A stretch of DNA of 64,000 nt. It comes from Felis catus (Eukaryota). The translations under genes were made by a program, and so were the position numbers. Shown here in pieces: positions 25,360 through 37,640 of the stretch (the first letter of the stretch is position 1; the number at the start of each line of letters is the position of its first letter). The stretch lies in assembly GCF_018350175.1 (NCBI RefSeq), contig NC_058368.1:98520001-98584000 (forward strand), in the 5' to 3' direction. Below the pieces are notes generated by a model that saw only the letters and a program-made list of their open reading frames with translations, searched no databases and had not been told where the DNA came from.

Positions 25360-25870
25360 CCTGAAAGTAACAATCAAGCCTTTACCACTTACTACAACAG
25401 TACAAGCAAAAGGCAAAAAGTACTGCCCACTCCCCATATTCCATTTTTCCCTGTATGATGGTACCAGCTGAACGTCAGATGGCTACAGCCCAGAAGCCCC
25501 AACAGAAGGCTTCTGTCACTTTATGGACCACTATGCTGGAGGGGTAGGGACACAGGGAAGAGCTAGGAGTGACTGAGTCAAAATAGGAGATGTCATCATC
25601 CAGGGCTCAGGATAAAGAAGTCTCTGTGGAGACTCCTGGGAAGTGTCTCACACAACCCCCAATAAGGAGACCTCAAATGGAGCCTCATGGATCAGGAATG
25701 CAGATACTCACATGCACATGGCTGCTCGAGAGGAACTGAGTCTTTGACTCAAACTCCCTGTAAAAAACTTAAGTGCCCTGGCTGTACAGTAAGTCTGGTG
25801 AGGGGAATGCAGTGTCCCCCAGGGATGCCTGCAGTGCAAATCCTAGGCAAGACCTGGAGGACCACACAGG
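25360..25870. mobile_element. possible ancient LTR relic, family uncertain
   Basis: GC-richer block; 'aacaatcaagcctttaccacttac...tacaagcaaaaggc' resembles old eutherian LTRs from memory only. Confidence 0.25.
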
Positions 25871-26477
25871 ACTTTGGCCTGAAGCCAGACTGCTTATTAA
25901 CAGATACTTATTGTTGACTGAACATATAAGCTAGATGCTTAGCAATAACCATAAAGGAAAAGAGGAAGGAAAAAATAATAAATAGGGAGGTGGGTTTTCA
26001 CCCTGGACAAACTTCTTCATACATTTTCTGACAAATGATACAAATGATCTGGAGTGAATTTTATTAGAGCCACTCTAGATGTTTTAATTAGCTAACAGAA
26101 AATAAGGTTAGCACAAAATAGAAGTAATGTTATATAAAAGATTCTCAATATATATCTTGATATTTTCTTCCGTATCACTGGAACAAATGAAGATGAATCA
26201 TTTAAATCAGTGTTGCCCTAAGGGAAGAGCTCCATCCAGAGTTGTGTGTCTTTAGAGGCATAATCTCTTTTTAAAAGATGGGTGGAAGTAAATGCAATTT
26301 TATCTGTCATTACCATTGAGATTTTAACCATTATATTTATAACTTACGCTTACTTGGTCGACCTGATTGCTAAATAGATGATGATTACTTTAAAACAAAA
26401 AAGGAACGCTTAGTTTCATCATCTATTATTAGTATACATGAGCTATTGACAGAGATAAAATTCAAAAATGAAAATAA

Positions 26478-26698
26478 GGGGCGCCTGGGTGGCTCAATCG
26501 ACCTGACTCTTGATTTCAGCTCAGGTCATGATCTCATAGTTCATGAGATCAAGCCCCATGTCAGGCTCTGTGCTAACAGCATACAGAGCCTGCTTGGGAT
26601 TCTCTCCCTCCCTCTCTCTCTGCCTCTCCCCAACGTGCACTCATGCGTGCATGCTCTGTCTCCCACTCTGTCCAAATACATGAACTTAAAAAAAATTT
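26478..26698 (+). mobile_element. Can-SINE
   Basis: Canonical; TSD aaaaatgRaaataag. Confidence 0.94.
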
Positions 26699-27188
26699 AA
26701 AAATGGAAATAAGTAAAAACAGTATTGAAGTCGCTTGGTTTAAACTACTCCAGTCAAATGACACAGTTGAATAATCTCATACACCCCAAAGTATTTGTTG
26801 GAGAGTCTAATTAGTAATGTGTTAATGAATTTGTATTTTGCAAATTTGATCACATTCACAAACTTTTGAGAAACATAAAGTACCCCCCCAAAATAAACTT
26901 GGCTCCAATTCTCTTTATCAAAGACAAAAAAAAATTCTAGATTGCTGCACAAGTAAAATGAACATAATACTTGTAGGAATTGAACATTAAAAGTAATCTT
27001 ACATTAAACCTGTGAACATCAGTGTAAATTAAGGATTTTTCCATTAGGTTCTTTATTATTCCAGTACAGCACTCTTCCTTAACCATCCTGGTTGCGTACT
27101 TAATGCCATATTGATGAGAGGTCAAACTGCAAAATTGTATGGCTCACTTGGAATTCTGATACATTTCTAACAGGGGCTCATGTATATA

Positions 27189-27190
27189 TG

Positions 27191-27238
<48 letters not shown>

Positions 27239-27240
27239 CA

Positions 27241-27290
<50 letters not shown>

Positions 27291-27294
27291 CAGT
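27189..27294. repeat. duplicated (TA)n-ACAG microsatellite
   Basis: Two long (TA)n tracts, each followed by ACAGTA. Confidence 0.95.
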
Positions 27295-27507
27295 ATTAAT
27301 CAGTCCCTAGTAAGTACAAAGCATTGGCTACATGCTTAAAAAGTTTAAAGTGTTGCAGTTGAGACAGGAATAGAAATGGTAATACAGTATAAATGAATGA
27401 GAAACTGTGACGCATGCACAACTATGTGAGCATTACATTAGTTACATGGGATAGGGAATTCTTCACAAAGAGAGTGACATTTGAGTGTTCATCTACATAA
27501 TAGGTAC

Positions 27508-27890
27508 TGTGGTCCACTGCCTAAATTCTCCTTTTAGAGGGAAAGTTCTCTTTCCTCTCAGCTGCAGGGCTGCCAGATGAATCCCTCCCCAGTAAATATT
27601 CTTGGCCAGAAGGAGTTGCCTTGTGAAAGTTGAGGCCCCTTTTCTGCAAGCAACTCCATGAGGAGAGATGGCTACAAAGTTCCATCCATTGGCCTCAGTC
27701 TGAGGCATCTTCACCAACAGAGGAATTGACTAGGGCCTCCAGGGCAAATTCACCACAGTTCCATTCGCCCTCTTCACGTCTTGCTTCTCTCCCTTGTAGG
27801 TATTGATCCCAGAGAGCAATCTCCAATAAGTCACAGGCAAACCTATCTCCATTCTGAAGTCTGTTTCCTGGGAAACCCCACCTGTGACCA
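27508..27890 (+). mobile_element. ERV-L 5' LTR (LTR16-type)
   Basis: TGT start; 'gtattgatcccagagagcaatctccaataag...gtctgtttcctgggaaacccacctgtgacca' U5-like end, directly followed by ERV-L internal sequence. Confidence 0.75.
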
Positions 27891-28822
27891 CTAGGGCCAG
27901 GAGTGAGTGGTAAAAACAGCTGACTCATATGGATTTTAGAACTGGCCTCCCCACTGACTGATTTGTACCAAGGATCCCTCCCTGGTGGTGGGGAGGCACC
28001 ATGCATGCTCTACAGATGCAATTGTTAAAACCGTCTTAAGTAGTAGACTGAGTTGTGATAGAGGATTAAGAGCCTGCCCTAGTGAGTATCGTCTGAGGCA
28101 TTCGAGAAATCTGGAAAAGTAGAACATGAAAGAACTGTGGAATCAGATGGCTCCTTGGTGGGGTTGATAAAAATCCTGGAGGAAGACAATGAAAGGCTGA
28201 AAGTGATCGATCATCTTTTTAAGGCCTCCTATGAACCCAAAGGCCAAACTGGTGGCATATACAGAGAATCTCACGTCTCTGAGCTAGAGCATGAACTGGA
28301 GGATCAGGCCCAGAAATTAATGACGAAAGTCATAGCGCCCCAGAAAACGCTTGAATCTGGAAAGTCTGCCTATGCTATCATCGAGGCCCTCTGGGGAAGA
28401 ACCAAGTGCACTATGACTTGTGATATGACTCCCTGCGTCTACACATTCAAAGCCTGGAGTGTCAGGTTCTCCTCAGCCCTCTGGGTTTGCCGAAGTGGCT
28501 GTCCTACCGACTAAAGACAATACCTTCTTGCTGGGAAACAATGCCAGAGGCTACTGCCTTTCAAGATTCCATTGAGAACGTATCCCTACCTCCCTTTCTG
28601 ATCATCACATGAAACATGAGGGTTAACTCACAGCATAACCCAGCCAAGGTAGTGCAGGGTCTGCGGAGGCAAGGAAGAAACCACGGTGCAGAACAGTTAC
28701 AGGCCCTGGTGTTCATACAGCCCTCGGAAAGGAGGGGTCCTCTGGAGAGTGCTTGATCCAAGCATTCAAAGCCTAAAGTTGAGTAATGAGAGTTTACTGA
28801 TATGGGAGCCACTCCTGAGAAA
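27891..28822 (+). pseudogene. ERV-L internal region, decayed gag (ERV3-16A3_I-like)
   Basis: Peptides LEEDNERLKVIDHLFK, LVAYTENLTS, EDQAQKLMTKV, WRVLDPSIQSLKL and EFTDMGA resemble the ERV-L Gag N-terminal coiled region and the WILRVLDxGGRNIKLDxxEFIDMG capsid motif; spread across different frames. Confidence 0.8.
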
Positions 28823-29935
28823 TAAAAACGAGTCTATGTTTCCGTTGCCAATAAAAGTATCTTTGTAAAGAGATTTACCTTTATTTGCTCTAAATGTGTA
28901 GAATTTGAAAATGAGGATGAAAGGAGTGATTTTTACAGGCAAAGGTAAATTTCTAAAACTACCTAAGGAAACGAAAGGTTCAAGTGGTGGTAGCTAATCA
29001 GAAAAGACCACTGCCATTCCTGAGAGGAATGCCCTATGGTACTGAATCAAAGTGTGTATTTTCTTTCGTCTCTGATTTTATTCTTTTCATTTTGTGATTC
29101 TTGTTTTTGGATTTTTTTTTTTCATTTTAAATTAGACTTCTTTGTATATTATGTCATGTAGTAAGGGAATTAGATTTTTTTTTAAATTTTAAAATGCTTT
29201 TTAGACCCCGAAAATTGATTTAATTTTTGTTTTGGAACAAAAGCTGAAATGAAACGTTCTGTCTTCTATTTTTCTTCTCTTTTTCAGCCACTGTGATAAA
29301 GCACAGCACTTTCTCTTTTCCAATCAGAAGTCACCACATCAATCATCCATGAACATTCTGGTTTTTTAAGCCTAATTTTAGAAGAATTAATTACAATGAT
29401 TAAATGGGAAAATTGTCTTTTTTTTTCATGAAATCTTATAAATCGGGTTTGCTCCATTTGTATCATTGTCTCTACTCAATGATTTATTGTTTTTCATCCT
29501 TTATCTTAGAATAATTACATTTGTACCTTTAGTGATTGTCTTTCCCAAGTACTAAGTAGATTCAAACGTTTTTTATTTTCAAAGTTCCCCATTATGTTAT
29601 ATTCTTAGGTGAAAAAGGAAATCTACATTTAACTTAAAGCAGTTAAATAATGCAGTCTTTTTTGTTCTTGATATATTTTTTCCAAGTCATTATACATGCT
29701 AAGTTACTTTCCTTTTTGATTTTATTAATATCTACATTTCCCCTTTTGCCCAGCTTCTTATGATGCAAACAAATATCAATATCGTGATCTTCAAGAAATT
29801 GCTTGTAAATATATTCGATTTTTTTTAATTAAGATTGTGTCTTATGTAACCATTTCTGTTAATGTCACTTCCCAAAGACTAGTGTGTGTTGAGACCCATT
29901 GATGGGAAGGCAGTGCTTTGAAAAGACAGAATACT

Positions 29936-30141
29936 GGGCACCTGAGTGGCTCAGTTGTCGAGCCTCTGACTTCTTCTCAGGTCTTGATCTCACGGTTTGT
30001 GAGCTTGAGCCCTGCCACAGGCTCAGTCCTGATTCTCAGCACAGAATCTGCTTGGGATCCTCTGTCCCCCTCTCTCTCTGCCCCTCCTCTGCTCATGCTC
30101 ACTCTCTCAAAAATAAAAAAATAATAATAATAAACAACAAA
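29936..30141 (+). mobile_element. Can-SINE
   Basis: Canonical; TSD ending in agaatac. Confidence 0.93.
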
Positions 30142-30340
30142 AGAAGAGAATACATGGCTAAAGCTCTGTTTCTTAAATATGCAGTGTATACGTATTTGAT
30201 TAAATAAAGCCATGCTGTCATATCACTTCGTTTGTTGATATTGTGTACAGAAAGCATGGTCCTTTCCAGTGATACTAATAAAGGAAGGTATGGTTAAAGC
30301 TATGGTGTGCAGGTAAGAAGGGCCATTTGGAAAGAAAATT

Positions 30341-30564
30341 GGGGAATGCCTGGGTGGCTCAGTCGGTTAAGCATGCAGCTGTGGTTCAGGTCATGATCTC
30401 ATGGTTTGTGGGTTTCAGCCCTGCGTTGGGCTCTGTGCTGACATCTTGGAGCCTGGAGCTTGCTTTGGATTCTGTTTCTCCCTCACTATCTGCCCCTCCC
30501 CAGCTTGTTCTCTCTCTCTCTCAAAATAAATAAGTAAAGAAAGAAACATTAAAAAAATTTTTTA
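30341..30564 (+). mobile_element. Can-SINE (outer element of triple nest)
   Basis: Canonical; outer TSD aaagaaaattgg (30331) / aaaggaaattgg (31034). Confidence 0.93.
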
Positions 30565-30790
30565 GGGGCGCCTGGGTGGCGCAGTCGGTTAAGCGTCCGA
30601 CTTCAGCCAGGTCACGATCTCGCGGTCGGTGAGTTCGAGCCCCGCGTCAGGTTCTGGGCTGATGGCTCAGAGCCTGGAGCCTGTTTCTGATTCTGTGTCT
30701 CCCTCTCTCTCTTCCCCTCCCCCGTTCATGCTCTGTCTTTCTCTGTCCCAAAAATAAATAAACGTTGAAAAAAAAAGAAATTAAAAAAAA
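30565..30790 (+). mobile_element. young SINEC_Fc-type SINE
   Basis: CpG-rich 'ggcgcagtcggttaagcgtccgacttcagccaggtcacgatctcgcgg'; 'aaacgttgaaaa' tail. Confidence 0.96.
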
Positions 30791-30804
30791 AAATTTTTTT
30801 TAAA

Positions 30805-31012
30805 GGGGCACCTGGGTGGCTCAGTCATTTAAGCGTCTGACTCTTGGTTTCGGCATAGGTCATGATCTCACAGGTTTGTGAATTTGAGCCCCACATTAGG
30901 CTCAGTGTTGGCAGTAAAGGGCCTGCTTGGGATTCTCTCTCTCCCTCTCTAGCTGACCTTTTCCCACTTACACTGTCTCTGTCTCTCTCAAAATAAATAA
31001 TAAAAACTTAAA
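30805..31012 (+). mobile_element. Can-SINE
   Basis: Canonical; flanked by AnTnAAA copies. Confidence 0.94.
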
Positions 31013-31099
31013 AAAATATTTTTAAAGAAATTAAAAGGAAATTGGCACTGTCACACAAATTACTGGAGCCAGCTCTGTCCAGGCCTAGAAATGTGTATC

Positions 31100-31100
31100 A

Positions 31101-31133
<33 letters not shown>

Positions 31134-31150
31134 AACAAAAACAAAAAAAA
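31100..31150. repeat. (AAC)n microsatellite
   Basis: Directly visible. Confidence 0.95.
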
Positions 31151-32959
31151 CCCCAAACAACTCATGGAAAGTTTTGAGATGGTCCACTATTCTTGGGGGA
31201 CTAGAAAGCATATTTTTCTTCTGTCTGAATGTGCTATTAATAATCCTGGTCTCTGATCATTTGAAATGTTGTTTTCACTGCAGTTTTTTTTTTTCTTTTC
31301 TTTCTATGTTCACTGACCTCTCTTCCACCTTTGTACTTTTGTCGACATCTAATTCTGATCACATAGTTTTAAACATGATCAATGAGTGTACAGTGTGGTT
31401 TCAGTGAAATATTTTATAAAACAAAGATCCATCACTAAAGTGCAAATTTAATTGGCCACAGATGTCTGTAGGATCATTTAAAGTGTGTTTATGATAGTTT
31501 AATATAGTATAATGCAACACACTATGCCCACAGTACATAATTGACATTATAAAAATTTCAATAGTAAAAACTAAAACAAGTAATAAGAAAACATAAAAAT
31601 ATATAATTAAAGGTAATTGTCCTTCCCACCCCAAAGATTCCCAAATTGTTTAGCCTTCTCAGAAGCACTGTTAAATTTATTTTGCTACTTTCCAGATGCA
31701 TTCTATGCATGTATAGTCATATATAAATTTCAGTATTTACCCCATTATTTCTTCTTGTTTAAACGTGATCAAACTGGGTTTTCAGGTTAACTGACTTTTT
31801 CGGTAGTGTCTGTTTTCTTTTACACAGCGACTATTTTTAAATTTTGTAAATAATGTTTTGCCTTTCATTTCTGAACTATGCCAGCACTGGACTACCATTG
31901 TGTCATGATATCTTCTTTGAAACCAGTTAACTATTATTTGAGCTTGTTTTCCTTCTATAGGCCCTGTTGTCTGTGATCGATTTTAAGGAGAAATTGTTTC
32001 TCAGGTTCCTCTGTTTGGTATTTGTGTGTGGGGGTGGGTATTTTACATTTGTGTATGTATCACTTGTATTCCTTTGCTCATATTTTCTTGTAAGTTCTTT
32101 GCCTATATCACATACTGTGTCACTTGTAATTGTTGCTAATCATGGAATAAAAGATTTCATTTCTGGGCCAGTTTCCTGCTTAACAATATTACTTCAGTCT
32201 GAGCCAGGGCGCTGAGCTGAAAAACATGCCTGTAAAATTTGGGTCAGTTATGCAAACTCACTTGTGGGTACTCTACTTTTGGGCATATCTCTGCTCATTG
32301 ATAGAAGATATTTTTGACTCCAGCCAGAGGCCTCCATGTCCTTTGCTGGTTTTTTCACTTGTCCTTGGTTGCCAGAGATTAGAGATTTTAGAAATGATAT
32401 TCACATACTGTACTCCTCCACCCTGGTGCTTTGGGAAGAGCCCTAGGCAAAGATAATTTGTCCATGATGTTCTTCTTCTTCCTCTGTTTTCCTTGTCACT
32501 CCATGTGTCACATAGGCACACGGACTTTCTTGCATCCCTTATGTGTCAGTTGGCCTTTTTTTTCAGTATCACTGATTTGCCCCCATGCCCACTTTTCAGG
32601 GCATGCCACCTAACTTGGAGGTATTCTGTATCCTGTTTGAGATCTGAGATGGTTTAAATCCCTAGAATCTTTCCTCCGTCCACCCAATATTTCATTATAT
32701 TTGGCAAAATATCATAATTTCATTAAAAATAAAAGCTTTCTTTTTTCCTGGTTTTTTTTTGTTTGTTTGGTTTGTTTTGGTTTTTACTGCACTGATTTCA
32801 GAGAAGAAAGTAGAGGTAGCAAAGCCTATAAGCAATAACTTTTAACCAGAAAACTTTGTACTGAGTTGATTAAAGAAAGTGTCCGTCAATTGCCATCATA
32901 AAGAAAACAATACACTTTTTTTTTTTGCATTTTTATGTCTTTCTAAAAGTTTTTTTAGA

Positions 32960-33150
32960 GGGGCGACTTGGTGGCTCAGTCAGTTAAGCATCTGTTGATT
33001 TCATCTCAGGTCATGATCTCACAGTTGTGAGATTGAGCCCCATGTTGGGCTCGTGTAGAGCCTGCTTAGGATTCTCTTTCTCCCTCCCTCTCTCTGCCCC
33101 CCTCCCCACCCCGCAACTTGTGCTCTCTCTCTCTCTCAAAATAAATTAAA
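32960..33150 (+). mobile_element. Can-SINE with internal deletion
   Basis: Head, (CT)n and tail. Confidence 0.92.
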
Positions 33151-33876
33151 GCGTTCTTCAGAAATAACTTCTACTGCATAGATAAAAAAAATTCTTATTT
33201 GGAAGATTTCTAAAATAACATAAGTTAGTGGACATATTTGTTTAAATGTAGACATTTATATTCATAATAATCTTTTTTTCCCCCTACAATGAAACCAATG
33301 GTGGATACTCAGACTCAACTCTAATTTTAAAATTAGAGTGGGGAGCGAAAAAATGAAGAATACTATTAGGGGAAAAGATGGCAGAACAGGTTCTAGATAA
33401 GCTGCCTTACTCTGAAATATACATGTAAAAGTACGATAAGCTTTGGCTTTTCACTGTTAAGTTTGTTGAATTTGTTTTGATTTAAGTGACTTTACTGCGT
33501 CATATAAATGGTAGATTTAGATAACTTTTCATAAAAAACAAAGGCTTTTCATCATCTCTCTTGGCATAGAATCACAAGGGTGATCTGATGATCAGAAATT
33601 GGTTTTGGAAAAAAATGCCATCTGATAGACGGAAAAGTTGCTTCCTGAGAAGCTGCATTAGGTATGCTGTGTGATTCCTGACCCGGTGTGTTTTAGAGTA
33701 CTTAGGGCTCAGCTGGCTTATGTTCCTGGAGCATGTACTTGTTTATCCAGTCAGCAATTGACTCTGCCCACTGAGCTCAGAGGACAGGTCAGCATCATGT
33801 CTTGGATACCATCAGTTCAGGTTATATTTGACCACATGTCATTGAGAATTTTGATTAAATTCCATTTACTTACTTC

Positions 33877-34085
33877 TTTTCAAATGTTTTATTTATTTTG
33901 AGAGGGGGGGGAGTGAGCACAAGCGGTGGAAGGGCAGAGAGAGAGAGGGAGAGAGAGAATCCTAAGCGAGTGCCAGGCTGTCAGTGCAGAGACCCGACTA
34001 GGGCTCAGTCCCATGAACCGTGAGATCATGACCTGAGCCAAGATCAGGAGTCGGGTACTTAACCCACTGAGCCACTCATGCGCCC
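33877..34085 (-). mobile_element. Can-SINE
   Basis: Canonical, reverse orientation. Confidence 0.93.
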
Positions 34086-34119
34086 TCCGTTGATTTTGTT
34101 TTAAAATGGGAGGAAAGAA

Positions 34120-34276
34120 GGGTCTTGAGATCCAGCCCTGCATCAGGGTCCTTGCTGAGTATGGAGCCTGCTTAAGATTCTCTCTCCCTCTGCCCCTCTC
34201 CCCCACTAGCAGGCTCATGTGCTCGCTCTCTCTCTCTCTCTCTCTCTCTCAAATAAGTTAATTAATAAACAAATAA
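34120..34276 (+). mobile_element. 5'-truncated Can-SINE
   Basis: Starts at 'gggtcttgagatccagccctg'; (CT)n and A-rich tail. Confidence 0.88.
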
Positions 34277-34314
34277 GAAGGAGATTACACATCTTATATA
34301 AGATCTAATTAATT

Positions 34315-34520
34315 GGGGTGCCTGGTTGGCTCAGTTGGTTAAGCGTCCAACTTCAGCTCAGGTCATGGTCTCCCAGTTTGTGAGTTGGTTTGTGAGTTTT
34401 AGCCCTGCATCAGCCTCTCTGCTGTCAGCACAGAGCCCACTTAAGATACTGTCTCCCTCTCTCTCTGCCCCTCCCCCACTTATGCTCTCTCTCTCTTTCT
34501 CTCAGAAATAAACATTTAAA
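34315..34520 (+). mobile_element. Can-SINE
   Basis: Canonical; small internal duplication gtttgtgagtt x2; TSD atctaatKaattg. Confidence 0.94.
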
Positions 34521-34609
34521 AAAATCTAATGAATTGATCTATCAATTCAGTGGCCATTAAATGTTTATGTTCTTAAATAAATCCTATATTTTATAGGTAA
34601 CCTACACTG

Positions 34610-34611
<2 letters not shown>

Positions 34612-34669
<58 letters not shown>

Positions 34670-34747
34670 ATGTGTGTGTGCATATATATATACATATGTG
34701 TATATATACATATATGTGTGTGTGTATATACACACACACACATATGT
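34612..34747. repeat. compound (TA)n/(TG)n/(CA)n microsatellite
   Basis: Directly visible. Confidence 0.96.
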
Positions 34748-35464
34748 AATTTTAGTGTTCTTCTTGATGGAAATTCATCCACATTTGTTTGACCTTTTCT
34801 TATTTTATCTTCTTAGTAAATTAAATACATGCCCATTGAATTTAAATCTACCTCCCTCTTAGAAGCCCTATTCTTTCTCCTTCCCATACTCAAGTCCTTT
34901 CTAATATTTAATCCATCCTAAGCATCAATAGTACTGTTTTAGCACATATGAAATTCCAATGTAAAAATTTGCATGTATAAAAATGAGCATTGTACTCCAA
35001 TCTTGACTGTGCAGCAGACATATTTCATTTTGCAGACATGTTTTTAACGTGGGAAAATGTTAATCCCAAGAATATTACATTTGGAAAGGTCAAGGTAACC
35101 ACAGGGGAATTTTCTTAAAGTTGTTCATTACAAACCTAAGCAAACCCAGTGTTCCCCTATCACTCAGATGACATTGGAGGGAGAGGGGACGTACATAAAC
35201 AGAAGGCAGATGTTTTGTCACTTTTAAATGGTTGTTTTGAAGCCTGCATTGCAGAATGCCCATAAAGCCTAATAATTATAGATAATTTTGAATCCAGACT
35301 AAAATTTGGGTTTTGAGTTATGATTCACCATATAGTTTCTACAATACTAGCCTGTGTTAGTAATTTAAAATCTCTGTAGTTTTGTTTTTTAGTCATAAAA
35401 TATTCTAATTAGACCAATAAGATATTTAGCAAGTTGATAACAATATATATGCATAAGTATACAG

Positions 35465-35466
<2 letters not shown>

Positions 35467-35504
<38 letters not shown>
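35467..35504. repeat. (CA)n microsatellite
   Basis: Directly visible. Confidence 0.97.
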
Positions 35505-35507
<3 letters not shown>

Positions 35508-35864
35508 GAAAGAGAGAAATGAAAGAATCTTGGTCAAATCTGATTTTCAGTCCCAGGAAATTAAGCAACAATTTGGCCCTCAATTTACTCAATGACCAAA
35601 TTTCTGCTTTTGGACTTTATCTTTGAGTAATTGGGTTCAACAACACTATGTTATTGAAAACCAGTATCTGGATGCCTACTCCAAATGAATTGTGAAATAC
35701 CATTTGCCAAATATCTGACTCCAAAGAAGTATTTTGGAAGTTTCTCATTATTTTTAAGATTTGTTATGTGTGAAATATTTTAATTTCTTAAGAAGATGTT
35801 AAAAATTAATTTAACAGTATATTTTATTTGAATATGGAAAGGCAGTGAGCAAAAATTCTTTTAT

Positions 35865-36142
35865 ATGACACATACACACACATATATATATCACATATAT
35901 ACCAGTAAATTATACTGTGTATCTGACATACACACACACATATATATGTGATATATAGTGATATATATGTGATATATATATAATGTATATATATAATGTA
36001 TATGTGTATATATATAATGTATACATGTGTATATATGTATATATATAATGTATATATTATATATATGTATATATTATATATATGTATTTATATATTATAT
36101 ATATGTATATATATATGTGTATATATATATGTATATAATATC
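35865..36142. repeat. degenerate (TA)/(TATG)n low-complexity tract
   Basis: Directly visible. Confidence 0.9.
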
Positions 36143-37257
36143 ACAGCATGGAGATAAAGGGGCAGTAGGAAGCCTTCCCATCCATGGTCACAGACTAGAA
36201 ATCAACCAGAAGTGCACAGTCCTATTTCCAAGTAACCTGGCAACATGTGGTCATTAGTTGGGTGAATACTTGATGCTGGAATTGGGGAGGAAGAAAAGGT
36301 AACTAATATGGAACTTCTACTACCTTCAAAGGTCTACTTAAGTGACTTGGCATTTATGTACATATAAAATGATGTTGTTTACATTGGGAGTTTTGCAGAT
36401 AGATACAGATAGGATAATACTGTGTAATTAACTGAGGCAATATATTAGCAAAATTTAAAAATTAGAAACTGAATAAATAGGTAACATTACCATGAACTTG
36501 GAAGAGGTAGCATATTATTTTGGAACAACGTTGGTATGACTCATTTATCTATAAAACCATAGAGCAAAAGCACTCGATTTGTTAAGCCCTAAACACTCAT
36601 CTCTGAGTGCAAGTCAGGGGCTGTGAAACTCTAATCGGAGTGGACCCCCAACCTTCTTAGTGTTATGTAACACCAGAAATTCATTTCTCTGTGAACCACC
36701 TATTAAATACGTGAGACTCATAATGAATATGTCAGGGTCAGCCCCTCACTCAATTCAGTAGAAAGACTGACCTACACTCAGAAGACCAATTTGCCCACTG
36801 TAATTATTCCTGATATAAGCCTCCTAATATTTGTATGAATAATTTCCGTAGCTAATAATTTACTAAGGGAGAAAAACTTTGCACTCTCTTATGTCATCTT
36901 TTACCAAGAAAAAAAAATGAGATAAGAATGATATGATGAATGCCTTTTCTTGTCCTCCTGGTAGATTTTTAATAACAATACTATCAGTTGTGTATAAAAT
37001 GCCAGATCAACTTAGTTTCAATTTGCACTTCTTTTCAGCTCAGGGAAAAAAAGCAAAATCCGCATCTAAGAGTCCGTTGGTTTGCACATCTGTGGATTAT
37101 TATACATTTGCAGTAGGTACACTATGTATAGGGTGTTCAACTTCTTTGGCTGCTCCCCTCCACCTTAAGAAGCAAAGAAACAAACATCACATTAAAGCAG
37201 CAAAAGGTAACTGCTATACTGAAGTGGCCTTACTTGAGGTAGATCTCAGTCCTTTCT

Positions 37258-37416
37258 CTTAACTTGTCATGATCCCAGGGTCATGGGATCCAGCCCCCTC
37301 CTCACTTAGTGCAGAGACTACTTTGGATTCTCCCTCTCTGTTTCTTTCTGTCTCCCTCTTCCTGTCCCTATCCCTCTCCATCCTTCTCCCCAGCTCACAA
37401 TCTCTTTCTTTCTCTC
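37258..37416 (+). mobile_element. 5'-truncated, diverged Can-SINE
   Basis: 'gtcatgatcccagggtcatgggatccagccc...ggattctccctctctg'. Confidence 0.85.
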
Positions 37417-37427
37417 GATAGATAGAT

Positions 37428-37463
<36 letters not shown>

Positions 37464-37553
37464 CATAGATACATAGATACATAGATACATAGATACATAG
37501 ATACATAGATACATAGATACATAGATACATAGATACATAGATATATAGATAGA
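37417..37553. repeat. (GATA)n + (GATACATA)10 compound STR
   Basis: (GATA)2 GAT (GATA)8 (GATACATA)10 GATATATA GATA. Confidence 0.97.
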
Positions 37554-37640
37554 ACAAACCTTGAGGTTTTACCTTAGAATCTGTGCTCTTTTTTTTTTGA
37601 GGGAAATGATTCATAAATACATTATATTAAGATTATGTGA

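Noticed and set aside
37259..37614. Periodic ORFs (YVSMYLCI)n; array-like periodicity
   Set aside because: Translation of the GATACATA microsatellite. No spacers, so not CRISPR-like.
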